The notes: a model not told the origin generated them from the sequence alone. Numbered from the stretch's first letter, positions 1-11,743 are shown. The stretch is 44,830 nt of DNA from Rhizodiscina lignyota (GCA_010015805.1 ML978146.1:124001-168830), one strand, 5' to 3'. Program-made: numbers and translations.

Positions 1-1167
1 CTAAAGTCAACTTCGTCGCACCCTCAAGCTCCCGATTTGATACATATTTCTCTAGTTTGTTCGGCTTCCCCTGGATGAGCTTGACTATGTTACTAGCGAC
101 TACTGCAGCCTGCATATGACCAGCGCGGCCCATCTTGGGAGCCCCAGTCTCGGCAACATCCCCAACAGCGAAGACGTGAGGCGCTTCGTCTCCGAGATTT
201 TCAAGTCGAAGGTTTGGGTCGACGAGGATGCGTTTGGTTTCCTTTGACACGGACTGCGGCGACCAATCCATGATGAGCCCGGAATTTGGAGTCTGGCCCG
301 TGCACCGGATCTTGAACGACATTCAGTCAACTATCCAACTTGCGGCACGGGAGAACTTACGATCAAATCGTAGCTGGAAGTCTGACCGTCTCCGAACCTC
401 AGCTCTCCAGATCCTGGAGCGACAATTTGCGGCCGCTCGCCCAGAATGACTTTTATGTTTTGCTTCCTGATGGCGCCTAAAGCATATGATTGCAGTCGCG
501 GGCCAAATTGGGGCAAGATGTGATCTCTTGAGTTGATCAAGGTAACATCCTTCTCCGGACGAAAGCTCTTTATATCGGTGGCCATCTCAATGCCAACAGC
601 TCCACCGCCAACAACAGCAATCGAGTTAGCATTCTGAATGTTTTCTTGAGCAGTCTGTAGTTCTTTACACGCCTCTTCTTTATGTGTCGCCGACAGTTTC
701 GCGGGCGGGAGCTGCGATGTTCCCGTTGCGATGGTCAGGTACTCGTACGGCAATTCTTCCCCAGATGCCAGGATCACTGAATCGTCTGAGATTCTAACCA
801 CCTCGTCTTGGACAAGTTGAAATATGCCCTTGGGCGCATTTCGAGCGATGCCACTGTAAGGAATGAAGGCGCCCTTTTCGTATCCGGAAACCACACTGAA
901 ACGAGGAAATGCGAAAACGTAGTGCAGGTGCGAATTCTTTTCCACCAGGACGACTCGGTAGCCTGTTGGAAGGCTCTCACATAGTCTCTTTGCGAGTTCG
1001 AAACCTGCAAACGATCCTCCTACAATGACCACGTTCTTTGGTGATGGTATTGCCTTGTATGTCCAACGGTGGTACGACGCTTGGATCCGCTCGATGATGA
1101 TTCGGCCGAGGAATGGGATCGCAACTCTGAAAATCTCGACGAAGAGCTTGATTTTATCTGGAAGCAT
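1..1167 (-). CDS. AIF/AMID-like FAD-dependent pyridine nucleotide-disulfide oxidoreductase (3' end runs off the window)
   Basis: Two Rossmann motifs (VVIVGGSFAG, IAVVGGGAVGIEMA) and IATGT. Intron 360..311 (GTAAGT...CAAG) restores the frame into IRCTGQTPNS...VFAVGDVAETGAPKMGRAG, which stays open to position 1. Likely start ATG 1167 (MLPDKIK); the upstream part of the listed ORF looks non-coding. Confidence 0.88.
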
Positions 1168-1782
1168 ATTGAAAAGAGTTCTAATCTCATAGAGAATCGA
1201 AATCAGCTTTACAAACTGAAAAAAATGAAAAGAGAGAGAATCAGAAAGTTTATGATCTGATAAGATTAACTCCGCGAAGCCGTGGAGCCGTGGAGCGTCC
1301 ATGAACGAAATGTCTGTCTGTCTCTCCGATGTCGGAGCAACACGAATCGCAAGGGACTTTCGGATCCCCGGAGACTTGAGTTACCGGACTACTAAGTAGG
1401 CTTTACGCAGTACAATAGGATTTCTCCTATTTTATAACACTTCTTCGGCATCTTGGCTACAATTCTAATGACATATAAAAGGAAACAAACGAATGAATGA
1501 AGTAGGGAAAAGTATGCCACGGGGAGGGTTGGTGGTTTTATAGACGATCGATGGCGACAGGGGTATCCATCGAGGCGCTTTACCCGAAATGTGAGGCACC
1601 TTCATTATTCTTCGGAAAATACGATGGACGTACATTACAGTCACGCTTTATGAGTTTTCAAGAATCGTTTCTGACCTTGCAAATTTCTATATACGCTTCT
1701 TCTGCACATTAGAAACTGGACGAAGAACTTGCAGCGAGTTACGTACAGATGACGTGACAGCGACGCGTGAACTCAGCAGCCT

Positions 1783-3633
1783 TTAGACGTACGCGAGTGT
1801 GATGCCAGCATAAGCGCCTTCTCCATCATAGATTTTCTTCCTATTGCTACCATCCATGTCAAACCTATAGACTGTACCTCCCAGATCAGTCAGGTAAATG
1901 TGCTGGTTCTTCTCATCCAGCTTCAGTCCAATCGCTTCGTGCAGGTTCCGTGCAATGATGTCGTAATCCTTGCTAGGCATGCTAACCGTCTTTCCTTCGA
2001 CAGGCTTTAGCTTGCTAATTGCGACCTTGTTCAGGCTGTTGCCAAGCGGTAGCTCGCCTCTATCCGTCCAGAAAAGGGTGTTGGTGTGCTCGTCGATCTC
2101 CAAGTCGATTGGCTCTGGCAGGCCTTGGAAGAGACACTCGATGTCTGTGCGCGTTGACGCATCCTGGCCGCTCGGGATGTCGATGCCAGCGCGGAAAATA
2201 CGGCCTTGAGATCCCTTTGATGGGCCCTTTTGAGTCCAGTAGAACTTGCCGCTCTCCGGAGAAACAGCGATACCGACGCACCACTTGGTCTGGTCGGTGG
2301 CATCCTTCTCATCCTGCCAATCGCCAGTGCAGATAATGGTTTCTAGGTTCGAGCCGTCCAGATCGCATCGCATAACGCGCAAGCCTTCACGGTCGGAGAA
2401 GTAGAGCTTCTGGTTGACCTGGTCAAGGTAGGTCTGCTTCGGCGTGTGGGTGGCACCCTTTGGAACAATCTCCTTCACGTCGCTGCCGTCCAGGTTGCAA
2501 GAACGGATGGAGCCGTCGTTCTTACTCGGTATCCCCATGCTTGTCCACAAGAGCTTGCCAGCGGGCAGAGAAATTGCAATACCATCGGGGAAGTGCTCGT
2601 TCTCGACAAGTGTTTGCGGCTTGCGCCCGTCTGGTGCACCGACCAAAATGCGTCCCTTGCTGAACACTTCCTGGGGGACGTTGGCAAGACCAATGTCGAG
2701 GAAATAGAGTACCGGAGCGTGGAGGTCATCGTGATGACTTTTGGGCTCCCCAGCTGCCTTGGTAGTATAACCGGGTGGGTAAAGACCGCCTTTGCTTGAC
2801 TTGGCTCCAAGCCTGCCCTCGTCCAGATACTTCTTCAGGAAGTCGACAGTCTTCTCTCCGGACAAGCCGCGCTCCGTCATGTAATGCTGCTCAATGAAGG
2901 ATACCGTGTCCAGACCGACTGCGTCCATCATAGCACACGGCCCAGCACGCCCGTTGGAGAACATCTCGATCCAGACAGAGTCGAGTTCGGGCGGCACAGA
3001 CACACCTTCCGACAAGATGGTCAACGTCTCTCGCTTGATTGCGGCCCAGAGTCGATTGATCACAAAACCGGTGGATTCCTTCCGGGCAACTACAGGGTGC
3101 ATGCCAACTTCCGTCAGGCGATTAGACAGGAATTGGAATATCTCTGGTTCTGTTTGACCGTCTGTCATCAACTCGACGATGCGGTTTTCCGGCGGCATCA
3201 TGTAGTGCATGTTGCAGATGCGCTCCGCCGTGGCCGGGCCGACTTTCTCCAGCATCTCTCGAGACTTGTAGCTTGACGAGTTTGTGCACAGAATGGCATC
3301 CTTCGGTGCGACTTTCTCGAGGTCTGCGAATGTGCTGATCTTGAGTGGGAGCTTCTCCGGAACACACTCGATGATCAGCCAGGCATTCTCAACTGCAGTC
3401 TCCAAATCTTCAAACGCTTTGACGGCCCCGTACTTGGCGTCTTCGGACTTGAGGAACTTTGCGATGCTCGTCTCGAAGTAATGGACAGCCCCTGTGCGCT
3501 GCTCGGCGCTGGGATCTCGAACTCGAACATCATAGCCACCTGCAGCCCACACGCAAGCAATGCGGCGGCCCAGCACGCCTCCTCCCAGGACAACGACAGG
3601 ACGACCTTCGTACGAGGGTACTTTGAATGTCAT
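1783..3633 (-). CDS. 3-hydroxyacyl-CoA dehydrogenase-like domain fused to a C-terminal YWTD/LDL-receptor-class-B-like beta-propeller
   Basis: Intronless 616 aa ORF. HAD motifs: GGGVLGRRIA, ECVPEKLPLK, CTNSSS, NMHYMMPP (catalytic His), GFVINRLWAAIKRE. C-terminal half has repeated blade motifs LLWTSMG, LYFSDREG, FYWTQKG, LFWTDRG, IYLTDLG. Confidence 0.9.
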   Translation of the reverse strand: MTFKVPSYEGRPVVVLGGGVLGRRIACVWAAGGYDVRVRDPSAEQRTGAVHYFETSIAKFLKSEDAKYGAVKAFEDLETAVENAWLIIECVPEKLPLKISTFADLEKVAPKDAILCTNSSSYKSREMLEKVGPATAERICNMHYMMPPENRIVELMTDGQTEPEIFQFLSNRLTEVGMHPVVARKESTGFVINRLWAAIKRETLTILSEGVSVPPELDSVWIEMFSNGRAGPCAMMDAVGLDTVSFIEQHYMTERGLSGEKTVDFLKKYLDEGRLGAKSSKGGLYPPGYTTKAAGEPKSHHDDLHAPVLYFLDIGLANVPQEVFSKGRILVGAPDGRKPQTLVENEHFPDGIAISLPAGKLLWTSMGIPSKNDGSIRSCNLDGSDVKEIVPKGATHTPKQTYLDQVNQKLYFSDREGLRVMRCDLDGSNLETIICTGDWQDEKDATDQTKWCVGIAVSPESGKFYWTQKGPSKGSQGRIFRAGIDIPSGQDASTRTDIECLFQGLPEPIDLEIDEHTNTLFWTDRGELPLGNSLNKVAISKLKPVEGKTVSMPSKDYDIIARNLHEAIGLKLDEKNQHIYLTDLGGTVYRFDMDGSNRKKIYDGEGAYAGITLAYV

Positions 3634-4432
3634 GTTTGAAACGGTTAGTTGGACAAGAGGAATTGAGACGAGTTGCGAGGCGGATTGGAGGGAGAGAAGT
3701 AGCAGAACGGACGGATTCTTGTTACCCTAAACCTCGTACCCATAATGCTTCACCGGCGCACTGCAGGAAAGCTATCAATGCCTGGAAATCGGCCGGTTCA
3801 GCCGATGTTGATGCCACACCCACCGCATCTCGAGGGGGAGTTGGATTGACGCTGTGTACGGGCTTAGTAACTGCTGACAAGTCGCGCAGCGGCCGCGAGA
3901 GTCGGCCGGCGACCAGGAAACCATTGCCCCGGAGATGCTCGCGACGGCATTCTGCATACGCGACGCGTGCCTTGGTGTTTCGCGTTAGATTTTGCGAGGC
4001 GGAGAGATGGGTGAAGCTGCTCCTGACGCGATGTCTGCTCTCCTGCAAATCAGTGCATCTCGGCCGGGTGCGCTAGCCCCGATTCGGCCGAGCGGCCGCC
4101 GGGGAAACCTCCTTAACGTCGCAACATCTTTCAGCACCTCTATGTCTCTGCCTTCTCGGACGAGCGACGGCAGACGGTGGGCCTTGTTGATCGCGGCAGA
4201 AGACGGCGAAACCGGTGAGTGGCCTGTTGACGGTGACATGCTCCAGCGCCATCCTTGCTGGTCCACCTTGTGCGGGAGTCGAAGAGAGGCTCTGTGCACT
4301 CCATCTTCACTGTTGGGCAATGTAGTGTCACGTCGAAATGTTGGCACAGCCATGTTCGTATTCCATCATTGCATATTCGACATGTTCTAACAATTTACGC
4401 CTATAGAGGAGTACATAATCAATTTGTGGCCC

Positions 4433-6270
4433 TTACTCAGCTGCCTTCGACTTCTCTGGCCACTCCGTCCTGCGCTTCGCTCGAACGTACAGGTTCATTG
4501 GCCGGATGAGCTGGAACATGGGATCGTACTCGACCGGATCCTCGCTGGCCTTCTCCCACTTGTAGCGGTAGATCAGCTTCGGCAGGAACGTCTTTACCTC
4601 AGTCAGCGCAAAGTTGAAGCCAATGCACATGCGGCCTCCGTGTGCGAAAGGAATGTAGGCACATTTGTGTCGCTGCTTCGTCTCGTCGCGGTCCCAGCGG
4701 TCTGGGTCGAACTTGTGAGGATTATTCCAGATCTCGGGGTTGTTGTGGATGTGGTGAAGGGCGATAATCATCACAGCCTCTGCCGGGATTTTGTAACCTC
4801 CAGGCAAGATGCAGTCAACCCTGGCAGTGCGTCCGGGCTGGTACGAAGGGTTGTGTAGCCTTTGCACTTCCTTGACGAAATTTTCCTGGAAATGAAGTTC
4901 AGCCACCTCGTCAATGCCCCACTCGGTGTTCTCATCGATCCCGTGGTCAATGTACTCCTGTAGCAAGCGCTCCTGCATCTCTGGATATGTAACGCAGCAG
5001 TAAAGAAGCCAGGAGAGAAGACTGGAGGTCGTGGCGAAACCAGCCCCAATGACCACGGCCAGGATAGGGACAACGTTCTCCTTAGGGACCTTGTTGCCTT
5101 GAGTGTCAACAGCACGCTGGACATAGTCGACAATGCAGGATGCTTGGAGAGCAGCATCCTGGAGTGGAAGGTCTCCAGTGCTGGACGCCTTGACCTCGGA
5201 GGCAGAAGCCATGATAAGCTCTGCAAGTCGCTTCTGAGTCTCACGCAGCTTTGCAGGGTCGCCAAATGGCAGGTGAGAGTACCAGTCACCACGTGAAACA
5301 ACTTTCTTGTTCAGCACGAGGCCATCCGCCACAGTCTTTACAAGCGGATGAATTGCAGCATCGGTGCCGTCGAAATGGTGCAGGTTCAAATTCAGTGCAA
5401 ATTTGCCAATGGCTTGCGAGCCGAGCTTCAACATGTACGGGTAGACGTTGAAAGCCTCTCCGCGCTCATCGAATTCGTCAAACACCGTAAAGGCCTCTCT
5501 GATGGTATCGTAGAAGAGAGGGGTGTAGTGACGAATGGCCTTGGGCGTAAAAGCCGGAGTAATAAATTTGTGGGTGATCTTCCACTCCGGCGCGTCCGAG
5601 TCCGCAATGAAGAGACCAGCTTCATTATGCTTGATGCCGTAAAGGGGATGGTCTTTGTTGATCTTCTTGGTGAAAAATGGCGACTCTTCAAAAGCAATTG
5701 CAGCAATCGCCGGGTCATTCGTCAGGTACGTGGTTCTGCCCATGTCCGTGGTCTTGATGACCGGACCGTATGTTTCGAACATTCGCTGATGGTTTCCCAA
5801 GTGCTGCCACCCATGAGACAACGCACTCCAAGCACATTCAAAGCAACTCACATCCGGAAAGACTTCGTAGAATGATCCCACGAAGGGTAAGCCTTCAGGC
5901 CCTGGCGGCACTCTGATCGTATGTTTGTCGATTGTGACTCCTCTGTGATTGGGATTCTCAGCGGTTTCCATAACTTCTGCTGTTAAGGCGAAGCCTCACA
6001 TTGCATCTTTGCTTTCCGCAATGTCGTCAATGTCATCAAGTGTGTTGTGTCCCGCATCTTCAAATGCGATGCCTGAACTCGATTAGCTTCATTCCGGCAT
6101 GTCAAGGACTGAGTCCAAGTAGCGTATTCAGATATACCTGATGGCGTTACAATGGCAAATGCAGCTCCGACTGCATCTTGAAGCGCGCTGAGATCTTGCA
6201 GAGAAGCAACGTCAAGCTCAATTGCTGCCGCTGTCTCATCCCCAATAAGGTGGAAGGTTTTGACTGCCAT
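4433..6270 (-). CDS. Cytochrome P450 without N-terminal membrane anchor (tentatively CYP540-like)
   Basis: Heme motif FAHGGRMCIG, I-helix AGFATTS, EVQR, FDPDRW. Exons 6270-6138, 6072-6000, 5942-5852, 5803-4433 joined by GT-AG introns of 65, 57 and 48 nt (the last is in frame). The family assignment is from memory. Confidence 0.9.
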
Positions 6271-6812
6271 TGCTCTCGAACAGTTTCTCGAGTTGAATGA
6301 TTACAGAGGAAATAGCAGATTCCAATGATGGTGATTCAATTTCGAAGCAAGTCAAACGCAATATGTTGAACGCAGAGCAGGGTAGTTGTCAATGCTCCGA
6401 AATGCAAGACTGCTTATCTGCGAGCTTGTTCATTGAATTATGCACAACAGCATTTGCCTCGCTCTGCCAAGCTATCAAGTCATACCACTCACGAGTTATT
6501 TGTGGGGAAAGAAGTCGCTTATTCAGAAGAGGCGGATATCCGGCCGAGATGCAGGCAACACGACGAGCCTGTTCGCTTCTGATACCCTGCATTTCCACCA
6601 ACTCTGCTGTGTAATGTTAGGGTTGGCGGCAGATGAGCATTGAAATCGTAGCATGTGCTCGGGTGCACAGTGATTTTCTGGAGCTCCTTGTTGGCGTGTC
6701 GACCGAATCATCAACAGTCGATCACAAATCTCTCTCCTCTCCGAAACTTTCTTCCATTCTCTTACAATCCATCTCTTGCACTGCCAATTGACTGTTGTAC
6801 AGTTGCCAAACA

Positions 6813-8396
6813 ATGGAGGACGCTAAAGCTTATAGCCTTTCTGAGGTTTCGACTCACAAGTCCAGGACGGACGTTTGGATTGCCATCCACGGTAAAGGTA
6901 CGTGAGTCGAAAACATTTCCTCGTCCTGTACGGAATGTCCATTGAGAGTCTACGCGTATTTTTATGACGAGTGCTGCACCATCTGGAAGCCGTGCGTGCC
7001 TTTGTGGCATCAACGTGCTGACGAATGTTCGCAGTGTACAATGTCTCCAAATACCTTGACGAGCACCCCGGCGGCATTGACGCGATTATGGAGGTCGCCG
7101 GCTCCGACGCAACAACCACTTTCGAAGACGTCGGTCACTCGGAAGACGCTAGAGAGGTTATGGAGCAGTATTTCGTTGGCACTGTAGAGGGGCATGTTCC
7201 CACTGCTCCAGCGGTCCGAGGGCCTGCTCCACCTGCCGCTGCGACTGTTGCTCTCGCTGCCCCAGCTGCAAATGCTTCCTCGTCCACCCCAGCGTCCAAA
7301 CCAACGCACAGCCCAATGACACTGCTCATCCTCGGGGTCCCGGCTGCGGCGATTCTGGGTTACCAGCTTCTCGTTCGGATGCCTGGTGGTCACTCTGTGT
7401 CTGGCCATGGCCACGGTCATTCAGGAGGATTCTGGACGGGCTTCTTGATTTCCAGCACGCTTGGAACGTTCGTCCTCGCGACCGCCATCATCCGCCTGGA
7501 GAAGGCATTCAGCATCTCTCGCGACATTGGCTCTTTCCCAACTCACATCACCCCGACGAACCCGGTCACTGTCCAAGTGACGACGAACAAGGGCGTGTTG
7601 AATCCCAAGGAGTACCAGCGCTTCCCCTTGGCAAGAAAGGAGATGATGAGTCCTAACGTATGTCTGTTTGTGTTCCGCCTGCCGACTCCACGCTCTATTC
7701 TTGGTCTACCCATTGGTCAGCACATCGCCATACGTGCCACTGTCAACGGGAAACAGATAAGTCGATCGTACACGCCAGTGAGCAACAACACGGATAAAGG
7801 AGAGCTGCGTAAGTTTACCACGATACTTATGCACCACAGTGGCTGCTAACAGAAAATCAGGACTCGCAATCAAACTCTACTCCAATGGCCAGCTCACAGG
7901 CGGTTACCTTGCGAACCTCCAAATCGGCGACGAAGTCGAGTTCCGCGGGCCTAAAGGCACAATGCGCTACCGCAAGGGACACTTCAAGCAGCTCGGCATG
8001 ATTTGCGGCGGTACAGGCATCACGCCCATGTTCCAGCTCATCCGCGCCATCTGCGAAGATCCCGCCGATGATACAAACATCAGTCTCCTCTTCGCCAACG
8101 CGACCGAGAACGACATCATCATGCGCGACATGTTGGAGGAGTGGCGGGCTAAAAACCCGAAGCAGTTCAAGGTGTGGTACAAGCTTGACCACCCGCCGGA
8201 AGGGTGGACTTATGGAAAAGGGTATATTGCGAAGGATGATATTTTGACGAGGTTGCCTCCGCCAGCGGCGGGTACGCAGATCCTACTATGTGGGCCGCCA
8301 GGCATGGTGAAGGGTGCCTCGAAGAGTTTGCTCGAGCTGGGTTATGAGAAGCCGAATGCTGTGTCAAAGGCGGCGGATCAGGTCTTCTTGTTCTAA
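6813..8396 (+). CDS. Cytochrome b5 - NADH:cytochrome b5 reductase fusion protein with two central hydrophobic segments
   Basis: Exons 6813-6897, 7035-7808, 7861-8396. b5 heme motifs [21 protein letters not shown] and FEDVGHS; Pro/Ala linker; hydrophobic segments LLILGVPAAAILGYQLLV and FWTGFLISSTLGTFVLATAII; reductase motifs RSYTP, GGTGITP, CGPPGM. Confidence 0.92.
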
Positions 8397-8849
8397 AGTA
8401 GTTGCTGTGAGGGTTGCGTTGTCAGCGTGTCGCGCGAGAGAACCGCCTTTCGCCGAGGGTGGAGAAGACTCCGCTCTTCTCCGCTCCCAATCGAATAATG
8501 TATCATCTCTGTGGCGTAGCCTGAAAAATCTCTTCGTAAAATTAATTTGTTATCCCTCTTGGATTTGGAGTACACGATGGTCAGGTTTAAAATCCTTCCC
8601 GCAATTCTTTTTATATGGCCGAGAGAATGCACGTCGGCGGCCGCAACTGCGTGAACCGTCAGCTTACGTTGCCTCGAACTTCGGGCAGTCGGCGACAGCA
8701 TTGTACATACCCACTAGGGAAATAATCAAATACATTGCTCTGGGATTTACTATGTTTCAATAAAGTCTGTCGTGTTTGAAACCAATGCTCGATCATGAGG
8801 TTTGGATCAGCATTTCTTTCTTTAATCCGCCCTCGCCGGTCCCTTGTAC

Positions 8850-10808
8850 ATGCCGATGGACGCCGAGCACTTTCTCAACCATTACTTTGATTTCCTCATC
8901 ATCGGCGGCGGTACAGCTGGTTTGACTCTCGCAAGCCGCCTTTCAGAACTGGACGATGTCGTCGTTGGCGTTATCGAAGCGGGTTGTGATCGAAAGGACG
9001 ACCTCTCCGTTGACGCACCGGGACTTTTCATGACGCTCTTTGAACAAGATAAATATGACTGGCAGTTCCAGACGGTCCAGCAGGTACAAATCATGTTATT
9101 GCCTACATCCGAGCGCATGAATTGATCAAGCAGCGCAGAAATTAGCCGACGGCCGCGTCCATGGCTGGGCACGAGGTAAAGGACTCGGCGGCAGCTCTGC
9201 CCTTAACACCATGATGTGGAGCCATCCATCGCGCCGCGATCTCGACAATTGGGTAACACTTGGGAACGAAGGCTGGGGCTGGGATGACCTGACACCATAT
9301 TTTCGAAAGACAGAGGCATTCCACCTTCCGGATCTCTCGGTGTATGAGAGTCACTATCTCCAGCCTGACCTGCACGGTACGAATGGCCCTGTTCAAGTGT
9401 GTCTTCCGCAACAGGGTGGTTCTTGGGTGGCAAAGATGTGGCCGGATACGGTGAAAGCTCTGGGGTATCCAAAGGCGACGGATCCTCGGTCTGGTTCGGC
9501 GCTGGGTGGATTCAATCAGTTGGTTAGCGTTGATCCGAAGACAAGCACGAGGAGCTACGCCGTGTCTGCATATTACGCTCCGGTTTCCGGGAGGCCGAAT
9601 CTTCATGTTATCACAGATGCGATTGTGACGAGGATTCTTTTTGCTCAGCAGCTTGGTGAAGAAGATATCGTGGCAGACGGAGTGGAATTTATCGTTGGTA
9701 GGAACAAGTACACTGCGCGAAGCAAAAACGTTATAGTCTGTGCTGGTTCGGTACAATCTCCCCAGGTCCTCGAACTATCAGGCATTGGCAATCCAGAAAT
9801 CCTCGCCAAAGCTAAAATAGAGACGAAGATCCCGAACGTGAATGTGGGCGAAAACCTACAGGATCACCTCTTCATGGCAATAGGATGGGAAGTCGCCGAC
9901 GGTGTAGAGACATTCGAGTCTCTTCGTGATCCAGCAATGATCGAAGCCATGGTGAAAGAGTATGCAGAGAGTAGGACGGGAGTGCTAGCGACTTCCGTCA
10001 CAAGCACTGCGTTCGTCTCGTATGCAGGGCTTGGTTCGTTCTCGACACATGAAGAGCTGGAGAAGAATGTCCATGAGACGGCGGCAGAGCCTGCTCAAGG
10101 AACCCAGCTACCCCAGGCGCAGCTCGATCTCATTTCAGCTCAGCTTGCTGATCCCACGCAGGCAGCGGTGCAGGTTGTTCTTTGGTCCTGCACACTGGCA
10201 GATTCAATTAACTGATTTCTACACAGGTCGTCCCAATGCCCGCAGGTGCGGATATGAGCAAGTCGAACACGTCTGGCGGTATCACAAAACATTCCTGGCC
10301 CGGTGCATACGTGACCATTGGTATTGCAACGACCCGCCCGTTTTCTCGAGGGAGCGTGCATATCAGCTCGCCGTCTGCATCTGATAAGCCGCGAATTGAT
10401 CCGGAATATCTCTCGCATCCAATGGACGTAGAGGTCTTGGCTCGAGCAGGCATGCATGTGCAGCAGTATGCCGACACAGAGCCGTTCGCCTCGTACTTGA
10501 AGGATGATGGTAAAGGTGGGAAGGCCCTGATGCCGGGAACGCGAAAGTTTGACAGCTTGGATGACGCCAAGGAGCATGCAAGGACGAACAGTGCGACGGA
10601 GTATCATCCGATTGGTACTTGTTCAATGTTGCCGCGAAAGGATGGCGGTGTCGTTGGAACCGATTTGAGGGTTTATGGGACAGCAAATGTGCGGGTTTGT
10701 GACGCCAGTATCTTCCCATTGCATGTGCAGGGTAATATTCAGAGCCTGGTATACGCGGTTGTGGAGAAGGCGGCTGAGATGATCAAGAAAGAAATAACTC
10801 CTTCTTAG
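8850..10808 (+). CDS. GMC (AA3) oxidoreductase, no signal peptide
   Basis: Exons 8850-9083, 9139-10173, 10227-10808. Motifs FDFLIIGGGTAG, RGKGLGGSSALN, CAGSVQSPQVLELSGIG, VGENLQDH, EYHPIGTCSM, GTANVRVCDAS and QGNIQ (His/Asn catalytic pair). Confidence 0.9.
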
Positions 10809-11006
10809 GCCGGCGTTTTGAGCTGCCCATGAGAACTCTGATGGTGTTGTCCTCGTGAATGGATGATCGATTCGTCAAGCTGGATCTGTCGGTGCTGCAT
10901 TTCATTGTACCTCTTGAGGCAGTCTGAAATGAAATGACTGCATGTAGGCTACCGGCGTAGTTGGGTACATAACCACCGGTGGCTTTGTCTGTCGCGTCTT
11001 CAATCC

Positions 11007-11743
11007 TCATCGCATGACCGGAGGCCTGCTCTCCTTATTCCATCTAACTCTTGAACACAGCCAGTCCACAGCTTCTTGCACCCCGGTGCCTGTCAACGCA
11101 CTGCAAGGCAGCACTCTGCTGTCTCTCACGCTGCCTCCCTTCCCACCCTCAAATACTCTCCTCACCAGTCCCTCTTTTATCCTGACTACCTCCACACAGT
11201 CCTCCCGATCCTGCTTGTTCGCAAGCACTAGAATTGGTACACCCTCTGCGTCTTCATTTTGCAGCACATCTTCCAGCACCAGTCTGCATTCTTCCAGCCT
11301 TCCCAGCTCTTCAGTCCTGTCCGGGATGCTCCTGTCGCCGTCATGTCTTGCGGCCAACTTCTCGATATCTGCATCGCCGACATCTGTGCTGTCAATGACG
11401 AAGACTATGGCGTGACATGAGGAATAGTACGACTGCCAGAGACCTCTGAGGGAATGCTGGCCTCCGACATCCCAAATCTTCAGGTACATGTCCGGTAGAG
11501 CGATGGTGGAGACATTTTGACCGACGGTTGGAACGGTCTTGAGATTTGGGTGATGCTGGGAGTTTGCATTGGTGGGGAGTGCTTTTACTTGTTCGATAAG
11601 GGTTGTCTTGCCGGCGTTGTCGAGGCCGAGGAGGAGGATGGAGTATTCTTGGATATTATTAGGAACATTCTGGTGGAGGGCAAGGAGATACTACCTTCTT
11701 TGCTGGTTGCGTACAGGTAGAGGCCTTTCATAAGGTGATACAT
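11007..11743 (-). CDS. ARL3: ARF-like GTPase Arl3 (ARFRP1 orthologue)
   Basis: Exons 11743-11695 and 11647-11007 (47 nt intron). MYHLMKGLYLYATSKEEYSILLLGLDNAGKTT (no Gly2 myristoylation site), PTVGQN, WDVGGQHSLR, ANKQD, CSALTG. Confidence 0.93.

Noticed and set aside
1414..1431. Small hairpin AATAGGA-TTTC-TCCTATT
   Set aside because: A 7-bp stem is expected by chance and has no supporting context.
3634..4432. Several overlapping 100-150 aa ORFs in the GC-rich spacer
   Set aside because: No recognisable motifs, mutually overlapping, and consistent with chance ORFs in a GC-rich promoter/terminator region.
5804..5851. Apparent 16-aa insertion VSCFECAWSALSHGWQ in the P450 ORF
   Set aside because: It is bounded by GTGAGT...GGCAG and is best read as a stop-free in-frame intron; the same applies to 35356-35409 and 36908-36967.
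6898..7034. Overlapping donors GTACGT/GTGAGT in a longer (137 nt) intron, suggesting a nested twin intron (stwintron)
   Set aside because: No convincing internal branch point plus AG that would regenerate an outer donor; a single GTACGT...GCTGAC...GCAG intron explains the frame.
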